Below, piece by piece: positions 1 through 13,301 of a DNA stretch of 64,000 bases. Both the position numbers and the translations under genes were made by a program. The first letter of the stretch is position 1. Each line of letters begins with the position of its first letter. This DNA is from Cirrosporium novae-zelandiae (lineage: Eukaryota): assembly GCA_026023565.1 (NCBI GenBank), contig JAPETS010000066.1, positions 1-64,000 of the forward strand, in the 5' to 3' direction. The notes under the pieces are model-generated. The model was given only the letters and a program-made list of their open reading frames with translations. It made no database searches and had not been told where the DNA came from.

Positions 1-723
1 TTGCAAGAGAGAGAGGGGGGGGGGGGAGATGTTGCTGTGATTGATGATGGTGAATTTCGCGGTTGAGGATTTGGTGTTTGTTCATGATGATACCCACTCA
101 ACTCTTAATAGTGGCGATTTTATCAAGTTTTTTTTCTCTCTACCTTTTTCGCTTCTTTTCGATTACGTTAAAATGCTTTGGACTTTAACTTTTCTGTGTG
201 TGTTTTTGGTTTGGGGTGGGTACGTGTGGGGTGGAATGAGATGTGTGGGGGAGGTGGATATATAGGGGTATGATTATGGCTATGGTGATGGCTATGGCTA
301 GTGAGTATAGCGGGATGAGGTGTAACTATCTTAATGCGTAGGGAAAGATGAATCTACTAACTAGACTAAGGAGAGAAGAGAGAACTACTACTCTGGAGAT
401 GTATATAAAGCCCCCCCCCCCTTTTTTTTTGTGAGAGAGATTCAAGTTTCTAGATTCAAGATCTGATGGCAGCAATGCAAGCCGAGTCAAACCGACTGAT
501 CAAAATGCTTTATCCATATGCCAACGCATAAAGTCGCGGGCTTTTATATTTCGGAATCTCAATATCATCTCGCGTCTGAAATCATTCCAGCCGAAGGAGC
601 AATAATATCGACTCCGCTAATCTATGCCCCCCCCAAGTACCTCCATTCCATATAATATACAGAGATCTCTCACTACCGAGGGCGCCCAACCAGATGCGAT
701 CGATGCATCCATGATAGCTAGCT

Positions 724-1900
724 TTAACCCTTCTTTTTAGAAGATTTTTCTTTGGGTGTATCCTTTTCCTCCTTGGTCTCCCCGTTGGCTGCCGTGGCAC
801 CGTTGTTGGCCTTTTTTGCATCTTTCTCTTCCTTGGTTTCTTCCTTCTTGTTGTCCTGTTCCTCCTGCTGCTGCCGGTTTTGAATTTTGTTCTCAATCAA
901 GTCGTGGAAAGCTGTGATTGCTCTTATCAGGCTGCTCAGATAGATGGTCATGAGCTGATCATTCGTCTTGATGCTCATCGCCCGCGCGAGTTCGCTATTT
1001 TCGAGTTTTGACGGGTCCGGTCCGTTAATCGAGGATGTGCTTTTCGGTGTGGAAAGATTTGGGAGGAGATTGAAAACGTCTTGGAGATTTCCGAGGATGG
1101 CATGGTTCACTGGCAGGTCACCATCGAGGACCTTTTGTAGATATTGGCCAATGTCTCGTAATCGAAGGTGGAGGCCTTGTAGCGATTGCAGTTGAGAGGT
1201 TATTCTTGTTGATAGTGTGCCGACTGCTACATCGCGAATGTCTCGAAGGAGATGCTCTACCCCGATTTCCTCTGCCTCCTCAGCTTCAATGATCGAAGGC
1301 GTATGTACAAAGGTCTTGGAAGTTGTGGTTCCATCCTAAGATAGGGTCAGCAAATAATGACGAGTAAAGGCGGTTGTAGTTCGACACTCACATCTTTGAT
1401 TTCCTCAACAGCAAAGTATGCATCCGTCGGTACTCCCACCTCCTTGGGTTGGACATCAATAATGACTAGGAGGGGGTTTGGCGTATATCTTTTGAAGAGC
1501 TCGTTGATTTCCAAATCCGAAGCTCGTAGCTTTGGTCCCGAATGATACCAGCCTATTAGTTTTTCTCGTGCATTTACTTTCTTAAACATATCATTCATCG
1601 ATTCAACATAATTGTGATCTAAGAACCAGACTGAAGGATCCCTGTCATCTTCCTCAAAGGGCACTGCAAAGGTATCAGCACCCCGACCAGAGTAAATAAT
1701 TCGCAGTAAACTGTACCAGCAAAACTGTTTGATACCCTCACATTTTGGCCATCATTCTGCCCAAGTAACACTCCAACAACTCGTTTCTTCGTATCTTTTG
1801 CTGACCGGCCGTAGTGATCGGCTGCTGAGAGAAGGACAAGAGGCGCAACGGACACAGTTCTCGTCACCAGTGACAGAGTCTCTGCGGTAGTGGCGGGCAT
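724..1900 (-). CDS. RPN8: 26S proteasome lid subunit Rpn8 (MPN domain); 3 exons (1900-1717, 1663-1392, 1335-724)
   Basis: Spliced protein reads [30 protein letters not shown]...RVVGVLLG...[11 protein letters not shown]...WFLDHNY...[21 protein letters not shown]...; GT-AG introns at 1716-1664 and 1391-1336. Confidence 0.96.
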
Positions 1901-2492
1901 GATGAAATAGAAGACAGATTCGAGGGTAGAAATATCAGCAGACTTGAGTACTCTGGAATACTGCCTTCAAAATCGAAATGGTATTGGGAGTTGAGCTTCT
2001 AGCTATTGCTAACAAGCTGACAATGCAAAGACCAGGTGAAGGTGAATTGGATGACCTAAGCCTTCTACTCTGCGGTATTTACCGGCACTAGCCGTGGCTT
2101 AAACTACGTGAACTCACCTTATTTGAACCTTTTATTCACCACTAGAATTGTCTTTGGACGATTTATGAAATAGTTATATGAAGCAATTTTCATTGGTATT
2201 TTCCAGGCCTTGCGCATTTAATCCCGGTCAAGATGCATTACACCATCAACAGGACTCGCAAATATAATCTGCGCAGTCCTAACACACGTAAGGCCATTGC
2301 TATCCCACCGATTTAAATCAAATAAAAACACCCTACCGCCCTCATAATATGCTACTTCCCTAACCACCACCCATATTCACCTATTCATATCCATGCTCAA
2401 GATGGAATAGTGTACAGAAGAAGTGAAGGTAACCCGACCGTAAGATTATGTGTGCATCTAAGCGATACCCAGTTAAAGAATTGGTGTCTCAT

Positions 2493-5400
2493 TCAAGGGA
2501 GATAGCTTCTGATCTCTTTAACTTGACGGACCAACTGTGGGATCTTTCTGAGAATAGCCATGTTTCCAGGATCGGTCTCCGCTACAACCATAAAATGACT
2601 CTCGAGTTTTTGAGATAGAGCGTCCAAAATTCTCGGCATGACCTGTTTGATCTCGGGATCCTGGATATCATTAGTGTCAATACCCATAGAAAAAGTTATC
2701 ATTTAGCTTACCATAGGATTGAGTCTCGGAAGAAGTGTTTCAAGCCAAGTCAAACGCTCCGCAAGATGAGTATCAAAGGTTTGCATGAGCGTAGCAGCGG
2801 TAGAGAGTGCCACGAGTGGTGCAACACTTCTAAGGAACTCGGGGCTATAACGGCAGAAGAAATTGTCGAATAGCTCAGATGGATGCTGTGATTGGATCCA
2901 CTAAAGGCAACATTAATCAAAGAACATAAAACCTAGTTTAATGGATATTCTTACCTTGACAGTTCCTTCGTCGTATTTACCTTCGTCCATAAGCATAGCA
3001 ATCTTTTCCATTTCCGAGAGCTCTAGAGCAGGAAGGGTAGAGGAACCATGTCTTGATGGAGAAGACTGAGTGGGAGCTGGGGCCGGAGCCGGAGCTTGTT
3101 TCTGAGACACAATACTTCGTAATTGGTTGACTTCATTTTGGAGCTCTGATTGAGTGGTAGCCATAGAGTGAACAGTTTCGGTCAATCCATGAACAAGTAG
3201 CATGAGCTGGTCGATCTTTTCATTGCTCTCTGTACGAATCACGTTGGCTTGCTGTAGCTGTTCGTTAACGCGCCTTTCAACTTCTTTGCTAATTTTTTGA
3301 CTGACACGTGAGGTGAGATCTTCAAACGCTGGCGCGATAGACGTTTGGAAGACTGTAGTCAAGCCGTTGTCAATACGTCCAGATAATTTGGCAGTGACAG
3401 CTTCAGATATGGAGCGCGCGACTTCTCGACTTTGCATGGCCTTGTTGATCACCTCAGGGAGAGATGCCTTCAGTTCACGTGGGATAATTTGGCGAAGGCT
3501 GTCCGAGAGAAGCTCAGTCACACGTTGATTGATGACGGATCCAACCACTTTATTAAGCTCGGGCACAATGTTATCTTTAATTCCAGAAGTTACAATGCGG
3601 GTGAGAGACTTTTCAATGTTATTGGATAGAGTACTTGAGATGAGACGAAGGACTGCATCTTGCTTCGCAGCGCCAGCAGCATCTTGTACTCGCCTGTCTT
3701 CTTCGATGTGACGGTAAAGATCATTAAATTGCTGACCAGTAGCCTCGTTGAATTTGCTGATCTCAGTTGAGATGGAGTCATTGACCTTCTGAGCTAGATC
3801 ATCCAAAAGATCACGCGAAATTTTGAGCCCAGATGATTCGGAGTCATGCATTGCTCGGGAGTGCAAATCGTCTAGACCCATTCTTGGATCGAAAAGTCGT
3901 TGTGCTGGCTTTGAGTTTCCGTTTGGTTTTGTAAGTGTGGAGAAACTGTCAGGTTGTGTATTGTTTGTTGAACGAGCTGCACTGGCATAAGTTTGCGAAG
4001 TTGGTGGAATATCCCGTTCGGATCCACTAATAATATTAGAGTTGGCGTCGCCCAACGCGGCCAACTTCTTCTTTCGTCTACTCGTTTTCTCAACCCCAGA
4101 GTTCGTTGGTAATTCTTGTCGTTGGGTTGACGAAGTCCTAGAGGGAACCTCTGGCCTATCGTCGCCGCCTCTAGCTTTAGCCGACCCTAGTAAAACAGGC
4201 TTTGTCGGAATGGGGATAGGAATTGGAGAGGCGACGCGACTGGTGTCACTTTGCTTCGCATCAACTCTAGACATTATTTGCTCTCCATTTGCGGACGAGC
4301 GGTCACTGGGTGGTTCAGACGGTTCTCGTAATTCCTTTACGACAATTACTCCTGTTTCTTCCGCATCAACCGGATGTAGAACCTTGAAGTCTCTGTTAGG
4401 GCTCCATCCTAAATCTTCTTTCTTGACCGTCACATAGGTCACGCCCTTAGAATGTGCTACGTAAAGTTCAAAGAGGACCTGGTCAAGGCCAAAGGTGCTG
4501 GATCCAGAATTTACCCGAGGCAACAGTTCGAGGCTTCTTAACTCGCCTTTTGGAGCGAACGAGTATTCTCTCAGTCCACTCATAATCGCAGTAGCCTCTG
4601 GTTTGGGTAAGGTTTCATCGTTATCTGCAAGTCGCTCTAGAAACTTGGCTTGATTCATCGCGGGAAGATTGTATTTTGGAGCAGAGAGGTGAATGAAATA
4701 GATCGAGTTTCGGGTTGGGTGACCAACAACGATAATACCAGAATTTGGATGATATGCAATGCTGCATATAGCATCAGACTCGTTCTCATGAGGGAAGTTC
4801 AACTCCTGGACAGCCTTTCCGAGGCCCAAATCCCACAATTGCAGTGTGTGGTTCTGCTTCATTCCCACGAGAAGATACCGCAGGGCGATTTCTTTACTGT
4901 AGGGACGAATCTTGTCAACAAAAAGGACTGATGTTGGCCAGGACTTCTCAGTAGGCGATGTTGTATTGAGGCTCCAAAGCGGAACTTTTACTTCAGAAGG
5001 TCGGCGAGGGGAATCTGCATCAAACAGAGCACGGATGTCCCAGAAACGAAGACGGCCTGCTTTATCGAGTGATACAATAAGGCTGTCGTCGTCACTAAAG
5101 CTGAAGTCTTTGCCAGCTTTTCCAGTTGCAATCTTCATGGTTCGCTCTTTGAAGAATCTTTCGGCATCAACACGACGGTAATTTGGAGCATTTCCAATCA
5201 CATATGGATCAGCACGATTGGACGAAACAATATGGATTGCCTTTCCTCTACCAATTGCAAAGAATTCCGGGTGGCGGGAGCTCTTCCTTGCTCGGGTCTT
5301 TAGCTGACCGCCCGAAGTTTGTGGATCTGGTGCAGGGACTGGAGGGAACACTAAGCTCTGACTTTCGACAGAAGGCGCATTTTCCGCGAATGTTTCTGAA

Positions 5401-7235
5401 TCCGAGATAGGAGACCAGTATACTGTACCACTGATTCCGGTAGCAATGACAGCTTGCACTTTGGAATCCTGAGAGGTAGGCGCAGTTGAGATGGCAATAT
5501 TGAAGATTCGATCGTGAGAGGAGCGGAAGACTTGTTTCTCAACACCATCATCCTGGCGGATTACCCTAAAACCGGATTTTGGCAGGGCATAAACAACGTA
5601 GCCCTCTGTCGCAGAGGCCAACGTTCGATCAATTTGGTCAAAGTCCTTCTTGAAACGTGCAACATCCATGAGAGCATCATCTCGAAAGCTCAATAATTGT
5701 TGTTTCTTGGACTTGATTTCGATCGAGACAAAAGGTCGCATGGGGAAATTAAACACAAGAACTTTCCGTTCCTCTGCTCTATCAGGGCCTTCTTCAGCGC
5801 TTTCCCAATCATCAACAACATTTCCATTCACCACCTCTTCGACGACTTCTTCAACTGCCCTTGCGACAGGTTCTGGGAAAGCCTCTCTCAAGGCCTCTTT
5901 GTTTCCCGGACTGTCCAGACTATCTTTGACATTGGCAGCAATGCTTTGTAGGTCTTCATGTGCAGCCTCCACAGCGGCATCCAGTTCAGCATCGGAAGCT
6001 TTTTCCAAAGCATCCATTACTGCATCAGCAGCCATACCTAGATTCTCCCTTTCCGCTCTTGTGAGGGCATCTTCCACTTCATGGTTGACTTCATCGCCCA
6101 TTTCCTGAAGAGCATCGGCAACAGATTGGTCTTTTGTGGTGGAATTACTAAGCCTTGATGGATGAAAGAGCTTTGCTTGACCGTTGAGCGTAGCAGATTT
6201 CTCTCTGGGAGAAACATTCGTTTCTTCATCCGCAGACAAATTCCTACGAATAGATGAGGTTTCGGGTGAAGATATTTTGCTTCGTTTGTTTCCATCTTTA
6301 GAGACCGACATTATGCCGGGCGTAGGTGTATCCTTCCTGGGAGGCTGATTACGTGGAGAGGAGGCAGCCAATTGCTCAAAGGGGTTCACATATGTAAATA
6401 TCGTGTCCCTCTTGGTTGCTGATGGTTCAAATGGAGTAGGCTTGCCAGTATCGTCAGCTCCAAAAACGCGTATTGTTGCTCCACGAGAACTCTGGCGGGA
6501 TGTTTCCTCCTTCGGCATGATATTCTCCCGACCTCTAGATCGATCTGAACTCGGTTCCGGTGTGTGCTTTGTTGGCTTTTGAGTCTCTCGACCACGCTCG
6601 CTCTCAGGTTTATTCTGAGAAGCAGTGCGATTCAAAAGCCGTAAAAGGAGATCTTGGGGGTTTTCAGTACCGACAGGAGGCTTTTCCTCCATAGCACTAT
6701 TTCCATGCTGTTCATATGCTTGCTCTTGGGAGTGTATAGATGTTTGTTCATGCCCGGAAGGCGATGATGGTTTTCCCATGAATGAAGCAACCAAATCTGA
6801 GGCAGAAACTCCTCTTCCATGAATACTATGGGAGCTCCCACCGTGAGAAACGGGAGATTTCAATTGAGATGGTTTATCGACCTCTCCAGAGGTGGCCTGA
6901 CCAAAGCTTGCAGGCGGTTGGCTGAATTTCAGGAGATTCAATAAAGATGCTGTTCGATCCGAACTTTGATGCCCCATACCGGGAGCTGGAGATATTGAAG
7001 GATTGGTTCTTGGGCTCGCAATGGTTGATGTATGTGGTTGAGATTCATTGGCTGGTGGGGACATTATAGGTGACGAGACAGACGGAGTGCGATATTCATG
7101 AGAGGGTAAAAAACCATTATGAGCAAAGGCATGTGCATTTCTGCTTTGGGATAGATTATTCGAAGGACTTCCTGTTCGGGAATCATTCCGTTGAAGGGAA
7201 GCAAAGAGAGCTTTTAAATCGTCAGAATTAGACAT
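2493..7235 (-). CDS. EDC4/Ge-1/Pdc1-like mRNA-decapping scaffold (disordered N-terminus, WD40 propeller, C-terminal helical region); 2 short introns near the 3' end
   Basis: 1440-aa ORF with a WD40-like core (LDKAGRLRFWD, NHTLQLWD) followed by a coiled/helical C-terminus; introns 2954-2901 and ~2711-2661 restore the frame into ORF 2493-2702. Confidence 0.75.
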
Positions 7236-7797
7236 GGCAATGACGAGAAGAGCTGGTATCTAGCTCAAGGAGCTCGATAGTAACCGTAACTTGAGCGATT
7301 AAGATAAACCAATTAGGATTATCATAAGGTTTTTGATTTTGTACGAATAGAAAATTGATAGATCTCCACGGATGGGGAAATACCTTGATAAATGTGTTGT
7401 GTTGTGGCTGGGGGGGGGTCGTGAACAAAGTGACAGTGACAAGGTAGTACCAGAAAAAAGAGTTGACATTCAGTTGTTCAGTTGGGCAGTTAGACTAGGG
7501 AGCCCGAGAGAGAAAGTTCAGAGTTGGTCGGGTTGGTTGACCTTAGAACGTCACGAACTTTCAAAGGCGGTACGGTCTTGGCAAACCCTGGCAGTATCAA
7601 GAACATTTGTCTCAACTCCATCTCGTCTCAGCCTGAATATCTTATTAATCATCTAATAATTACCATACTTAAATATCTTTACAGTCTTGTCTCCCGCTAA
7701 CCACCTTTTAACCTATTGATGGTGCAAGGTGGTATTCTTTCAAGTTTACCTTGATGGTGAAACCCAACTTGTTATTACCTACCTATTAACCATCATC

Positions 7798-8406
7798 ATG
7801 TTTTGCCTTCGAAGGTATTGCCTTTATGCTCTCCCTTTTGGCCGTCATCCATTTTTTTACTGACTCTTAGTAGTTGGCTCCCTCTCCTCTTCATTCCCAC
7901 AAATGCCTCGCCTCTGTAAGTCTACAATATTCATTCCTTCTGGCGATAATAACGCCGAGTACTATTGATACCTTCCAAACTAACGAAGCGCTAGATTCGT
8001 TATCTCCTTCTTTGTCTTGACATACTTTCTCAACCGACCATGTGTCTACTGTTCAGCATTACTCCTAATTCTCTTCGTTTCCTCCTGCTACTGGTCCGAC
8101 CAGTGTTTCTTCGACATTCATAGCAACTGGTTCGAGCCAAGGCATATGTCCTCGCCAATACCGGACGCCATTTCCGACTCATTACAATCTTCCTCTGCCG
8201 GAAACTACTCTCCAAATGAAACCTCATTTCTTCTCTCCACTGTAAATAACACAGTAGCTGCACTTGCGGGAGCAGCACTTGAGGAAGTGAAAAAAATTGC
8301 AGAACATCCATCAGGGTGGAGTGGTATTGGGCTTGAATGGACTCGTAGTGTTATAGGCAAGAAGGAAATAAGGGTGCCATGTTTAGATGTCTTTATAAGA
8401 TTGTAA
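7798..8406 (+). CDS. BLCAP/BC10-like small membrane protein; 3 exons
   Basis: Spliced: MFCLRSWLPLLFIPTNASPLFVISFFVLTYFLNRPCVYCSALLLILFVSSCYWSDQCFF..., which resembles the BC10 family (MxCLxW..., PCxxC). Introns 7815-~7873 and 7916-7995. Confidence 0.8.
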
Positions 8407-8893
8407 TGATCTTATGTCGACTTCTGTTCATTGCTTCTAGGTTGCATGGGATGGCGAACTGGCATGAGGATTGGAGTTTGGAGGATTCAAGGTCTTTTAT
8501 AGAAGGCCTGGTGACTGAAGAGCCTGGAGTTGCTCGCTATGGCGAAGATTATCTTGCGTTTGCCTTCTTCGAAAGAAGAACGGCAACAGCGGTTGACCTC
8601 CAGAAGCCCCTTTATCGGGAGTGATGGTGAATAACAATCGTTAAAAATTATGGAGTTGATTTTGTGGTGCTCTTGGTTCGTGGTCTGGCTATAGTTTGCA
8701 TTAGTGAGATGCTTTTATCTTGTTCAAGTCAGGAATTATCCTCGTTATTCATCCTGGTACCCTTGGTTTGGCTTCTTAAGTTCGTATATTTTACATTATT
8801 CTGGGTTGTACAGTACATATTTAATTTTGAATCACATGATTTTTATACAGTAGATATCTCGAATACCAATGATACCTAAAAATTTATTCGTGG

Positions 8894-11800
8894 ATGCAAC
8901 CCCAGATGCCATCCTTCATAGTTCTCACTCCCCAATTCTCTCACATCCCAAAAGCTTTTCTATTGCGGTCTTGTCAGAGATATTATTCTAGTACTAGATT
9001 TATTATAAGGCCAGTGCTTCCGGAGCTACCCCGCTATCGTCAATACCAGGCGCCCCACCAACGACGATTTCAGCATCATTATCAACTAAACCCAAGACAA
9101 TTGCCACGAAACCCTGGAACTGGATATCGACCATTAAGATACTTGCGATATTTCAGCAATAATAGCATATCAGGGTTTCATCAGTCTACCGTTGCAGCAG
9201 ATACAATCCAAGTAAAGATGGATAGGGATGTTCTCTCTAAGGCGTAAGTCTTCCAGGCACACACTTGCCCACACACCAATCTCTGACCCGATAAACTGTT
9301 AGTGTAAAGCCAAACCACTACGAGATATCACTATTCGATTTGGAGGCAAAGGCGCCGTGGAACTATCAAGGCATTGTCAAGATTCATGCAGACATTAAAG
9401 AGAAAAGCAAAGAAATTACGCTTAATGCCTTGCAATTGAAGATCCAAACAGTTGAGGTCCAGGCAGAGCAAACAAAACGTATGCTCCCGGGGAGCCCATA
9501 TTCTTTCAGTTAAGCTCAGTATAACTAATTTTTTTTATTGCTTTCAAAGACCGACAATCTACAAAAGCCTCGGAAATTTTATATGATGAGAAAAGCCAAA
9601 GAGCTACCTTCAAGTTTCCTGAGGAGCTCCCTGTATCCAAGGCCACTTTTATCGTCCGGTTCTCTGGCGTCATGAACGATTTCATGGCTGGTTTCTACAG
9701 GTTCGATCGCCTTGTATTACTTTCCTGCATCGTAGCTCATTAAGCCAACTATATGGCTCTTGTAGATGAAGAACGAGGCTAAAAGTGGGGTTCAGGTCAA
9801 AATATAAACCCACAACTACACCCGCCAAGTCCGTCCCAAAAGATAAGGAGTATCATTACATGTTCAGCACTCAATTTGAGTCCTGTGACGCCCGCAGAGC
9901 TTTCCCATGCTTTGACGAACCGAATTTGAAAGCTACCTTTGATTTCGAGATTGAAATCCCCGAAGACCTAGTGGCACTGAGCAACATGCCTGAAAAAGAA
10001 GTTAGGAAGGGCAAAGCTGATGGATTGAAAGTCGTCTCATTTGAGAGAACTCCAATCATGAGCACCTACGTAGGTCTTAATGTTTCCTGTTTTCGTATAA
10101 ATATTCTGATGACATCCTATAGCTTCTTGCTTGGGCTTTTGGAGATTTTGAATATGTCGAAGATTTCACGAAAAGAAAATATAATGGAAAGAACCTTCCG
10201 GTTAGAGTATACACGACGCGAGGACTGAAAGATCAGGGTCGATTTGCTCTGGAAAATGCACATCAGATTGTGGATTACTTCTCTGAAGCGTTCAAACTCG
10301 ATTATCCACTGCCGAAAGTCGATCTTTTGGCCTGCCATGAATTCGTAAGTAGTATCAAAGATACTTTACCTGGTTTTTCTTGCACATCACCTAACATGTT
10401 CCTGCTCAGGGGGCTATAAGTAGACCTTGTCCATTTCATAGCGGTTTGAAGCTGACCGCAGTTTCCTAGTCCCACGGCGCGATGGAAAATTGGGGTTTGA
10501 TTACATACCGAACAACAGCTGTCCTTTACGATGAAGGGAAGTCAGATGCTCAATATCAGAATAGAGTTGCTTATGTTGTCGCTCATGGTGAGTATATGTG
10601 ACAAATTTCTGCAGTTTTGAAAATGATGGCTCATTCTTGTCATGAAGAACTCGCACATCAATGGTTTGGAAACCTTGTTACCATGGACTGGTGGTCGGAG
10701 CTTTGGTTGAACGAAGGTAATATTCTAGGTTGAAAAAATAATAGATTTTAAAAAGGCTCCTGACAGTATCTCAGGCTTCGCAACATGGGCTGGCTGGACT
10801 GCTATCCATCACCTCCACCCAGGTATGTGCTCACAGAGCAACCTCTGGAATTTACATGTAATTAACAGTTCCTTACAGAATGGGATGCCTGGGCGCGGTT
10901 TGTCGTACGTAGCATGTCTCGAGGTAGTTAACCCCTTGTATATCTAGGCTAACAAGAGCTATTCTTTCTTAGACTGAATCGGTCCAAACAGCTTTCCAAC
11001 TTGATGGCCTGCGCTCATCTCACCCAATCGAAGTCCCCGTTAAAAACGCGCTCGAAATTGATCAGGTATTTGACCACATTAGTTATCTAAAGGGAAGTTC
11101 TGTTATTAGGATGCTCTCTGGGCATCTTGGACTAGAGATATTCTTGTTAGGCGTCTCCAATTATCTGAAAGCGCATGCTTATGGTGAGCATCACCCAGTT
11201 GCCCCTAAGAATCTTGCTTATATTCCAAGGGAATGCAACTACCAATGATCTTTGGGCTGCCTTAAGCGAGGCGAGCAAAAAGGACGTGAATAGCTTCATG
11301 GTAGGAATTGTCTCTTGTGTTAATTGTATATCCCACTAATTGATTAGGATGTTTGGGTCCGTAAAATTGGCTTCCCATGCCTAACTGTTGCAGAGGAACC
11401 CTCTCAGATCGCAGTCCGCCAATCTCGTTTCCTCTCTACCGGAGATGTGAAGCCAGAAGAAGATGAAACAGTATGGTGGATTCCGTTGGGACTTAAGACG
11501 GGCACCAAATCTACTGCGGCATCCACGGCTGCATTGACAACAAAAGAAGAGACAATTCGTGATGTTGACGATTCTTTTTATAAGCTTAATGTTGATCAAA
11601 AAGGCTTCTATCGTGTCAACTATCCACCCAGTCGACTTACCCAGCTCGGTGCTGCCAAGGATAGGCTCTCGAATCAAGACAAAATTGGTTTGATCGGTGA
11701 TGCCGCAGCTCTTGCATTAGCTGGAAATGCAACAACAGCAGGTTTGCTATCATTTGTGCAGGGATTCAAAGATGAAGGGAACTATTTGTAAGTGATACTA

Positions 11801-12787
11801 CCTGGCTGAGAGATCTTTATTCTAGGCTCTTTCATGAAATGATACAATATCGCGTCTTGCGATTCCGCTAGGACGGCTCTTAAGCACCCCATAGGCAAAT
11901 GGTGCTATTTTCAGGTTACTAACTTGCTACAGAGTCTGGACCCAGATTATTAGCTCTGTTAACAACCTTCGATCAGTCTTTGCAGATAACACAGCTGTGG
12001 CCGAAGGACTAAAGAAGTTTATCCTTGAACTTGTGGCCCCGGCTACCGAGAAGATTGGTTGGGAATTTGCAGCTAATGAAGATTTCTTGACTGGCCAGCT
12101 TAGATCGCTCTTGATCACAGTTGCAGGAGGAGCAGGGCATACAGGGTAAGAAGTATTGAGGATATAGTATATGAGATACTCACTATTTGCAGTACCGTAT
12201 CAGAGTCAAAGCGTCGCTTTGAAGCCTATACGTCTGGAAAGGATAAGGCAGCAGTACATCCAAACCTTCGATCAGCCATTTTCGGTACGGTTGTGTCAGA
12301 AGGAAGCATGGCAGAGTACGAAGCGGTCAAGCAAGAATATCTCAAAACCGATTCTATTGATGGCAAAGAAATCTGTCTGCGTGCCCTGGCTAAGAGTAAA
12401 CTCCCAGAAGCCAACCTTGATCTCTTAAATTTCATATTTTCAGACAACGTGGCAGTTCAGGATGTTCATTCTGGAGCAAGCTCCCTGGCTTTGAACCCCA
12501 AAGGGCGAAAGGTTTTGTGGCAGTATATCAAAGAAAATTGGAGCAAAATCCATGACCGACTGTCAGGAAATTCTGTTGTACTTGACCGATTTGTCAAAAT
12601 GAGCCTGACCAAATTTGCGGACCATGAGATCGAAAGAGACATTGCATCCTTTTTCAAGGATAAGGACAACAGTGGCTATGATCGCACTCTTGTTGTTATT
12701 GCTGATTCGGTAAAGGCAAATGCGAATTATAAGGAAAGAGATGAGAAGTTGATTTTGGAATGGCTCAAAGCCCACGATTATGCGTGA
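8894..12787 (+). CDS. M1 family alanyl/leucyl aminopeptidase (Ape2/Aap1-like), multi-exon; second in-frame ATG at 9218
   Basis: [59 protein letters not shown] (HEXXH-X18-E) and [12 protein letters not shown] assemble across canonical introns; ERAP1-like C-terminal domain. Confidence 0.95.
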
Positions 12788-13301
12788 AGATGATGGGATG
12801 CTGTCGCTCTCAGTAGAAGAAATAACTTAAAAGTGTTTTCCTTGTTCTCCTCGGATTGTTCCACACGGATAGTAGTAGCCGAATCAGAGTCTAAGAAACA
12901 AGCAAGGAACGGTAATTGAGGTGTGACTGACGTGTTGCTGAAACATGTCAAAGGTACAAAATGGCTTTATATGTAAATGGCGGTGGTGTTCGGTGTTCTG
13001 CAGCGGCTTCAAACCTGTTCGTTGCCAAGATCCTAAAAGGTCATAGCGTCAAAGGCAAGCCACGCTGCCACAGTCACTCACTCGTCTCGTCTCAGTCTCT
13101 GTCTGTCTGTTCTGTGAAAGTCAAAGTAGCCAAACCTAGAATGATCACTTGGCTCCGCGAAACTCATAACCTCTCCGAATCAGCCTATCCTCAACATCTT
13201 CTCCCACCATCAACTCATCCATCCTTCTCTGATAGCTTCTCTGTTGGCTATATTCAGTCTTTTTCTTGTCAAAACTCTACATCCTACGCAACTTCGGAAT
13301 C

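Noticed and set aside
1..430. Poly-G/poly-C tracts as a telomere or element terminus
   Set aside because: No TTAGGG array or terminal repeat; resembles the other low-complexity intergenic islands in the window.
3313..6841. Numerous antisense and alternate-frame ORFs within the EDC4-like gene (similarly in PGK1, NUP120, IML2, SAE2)
   Set aside because: Shadow ORFs of real coding sequence with no independent motifs.
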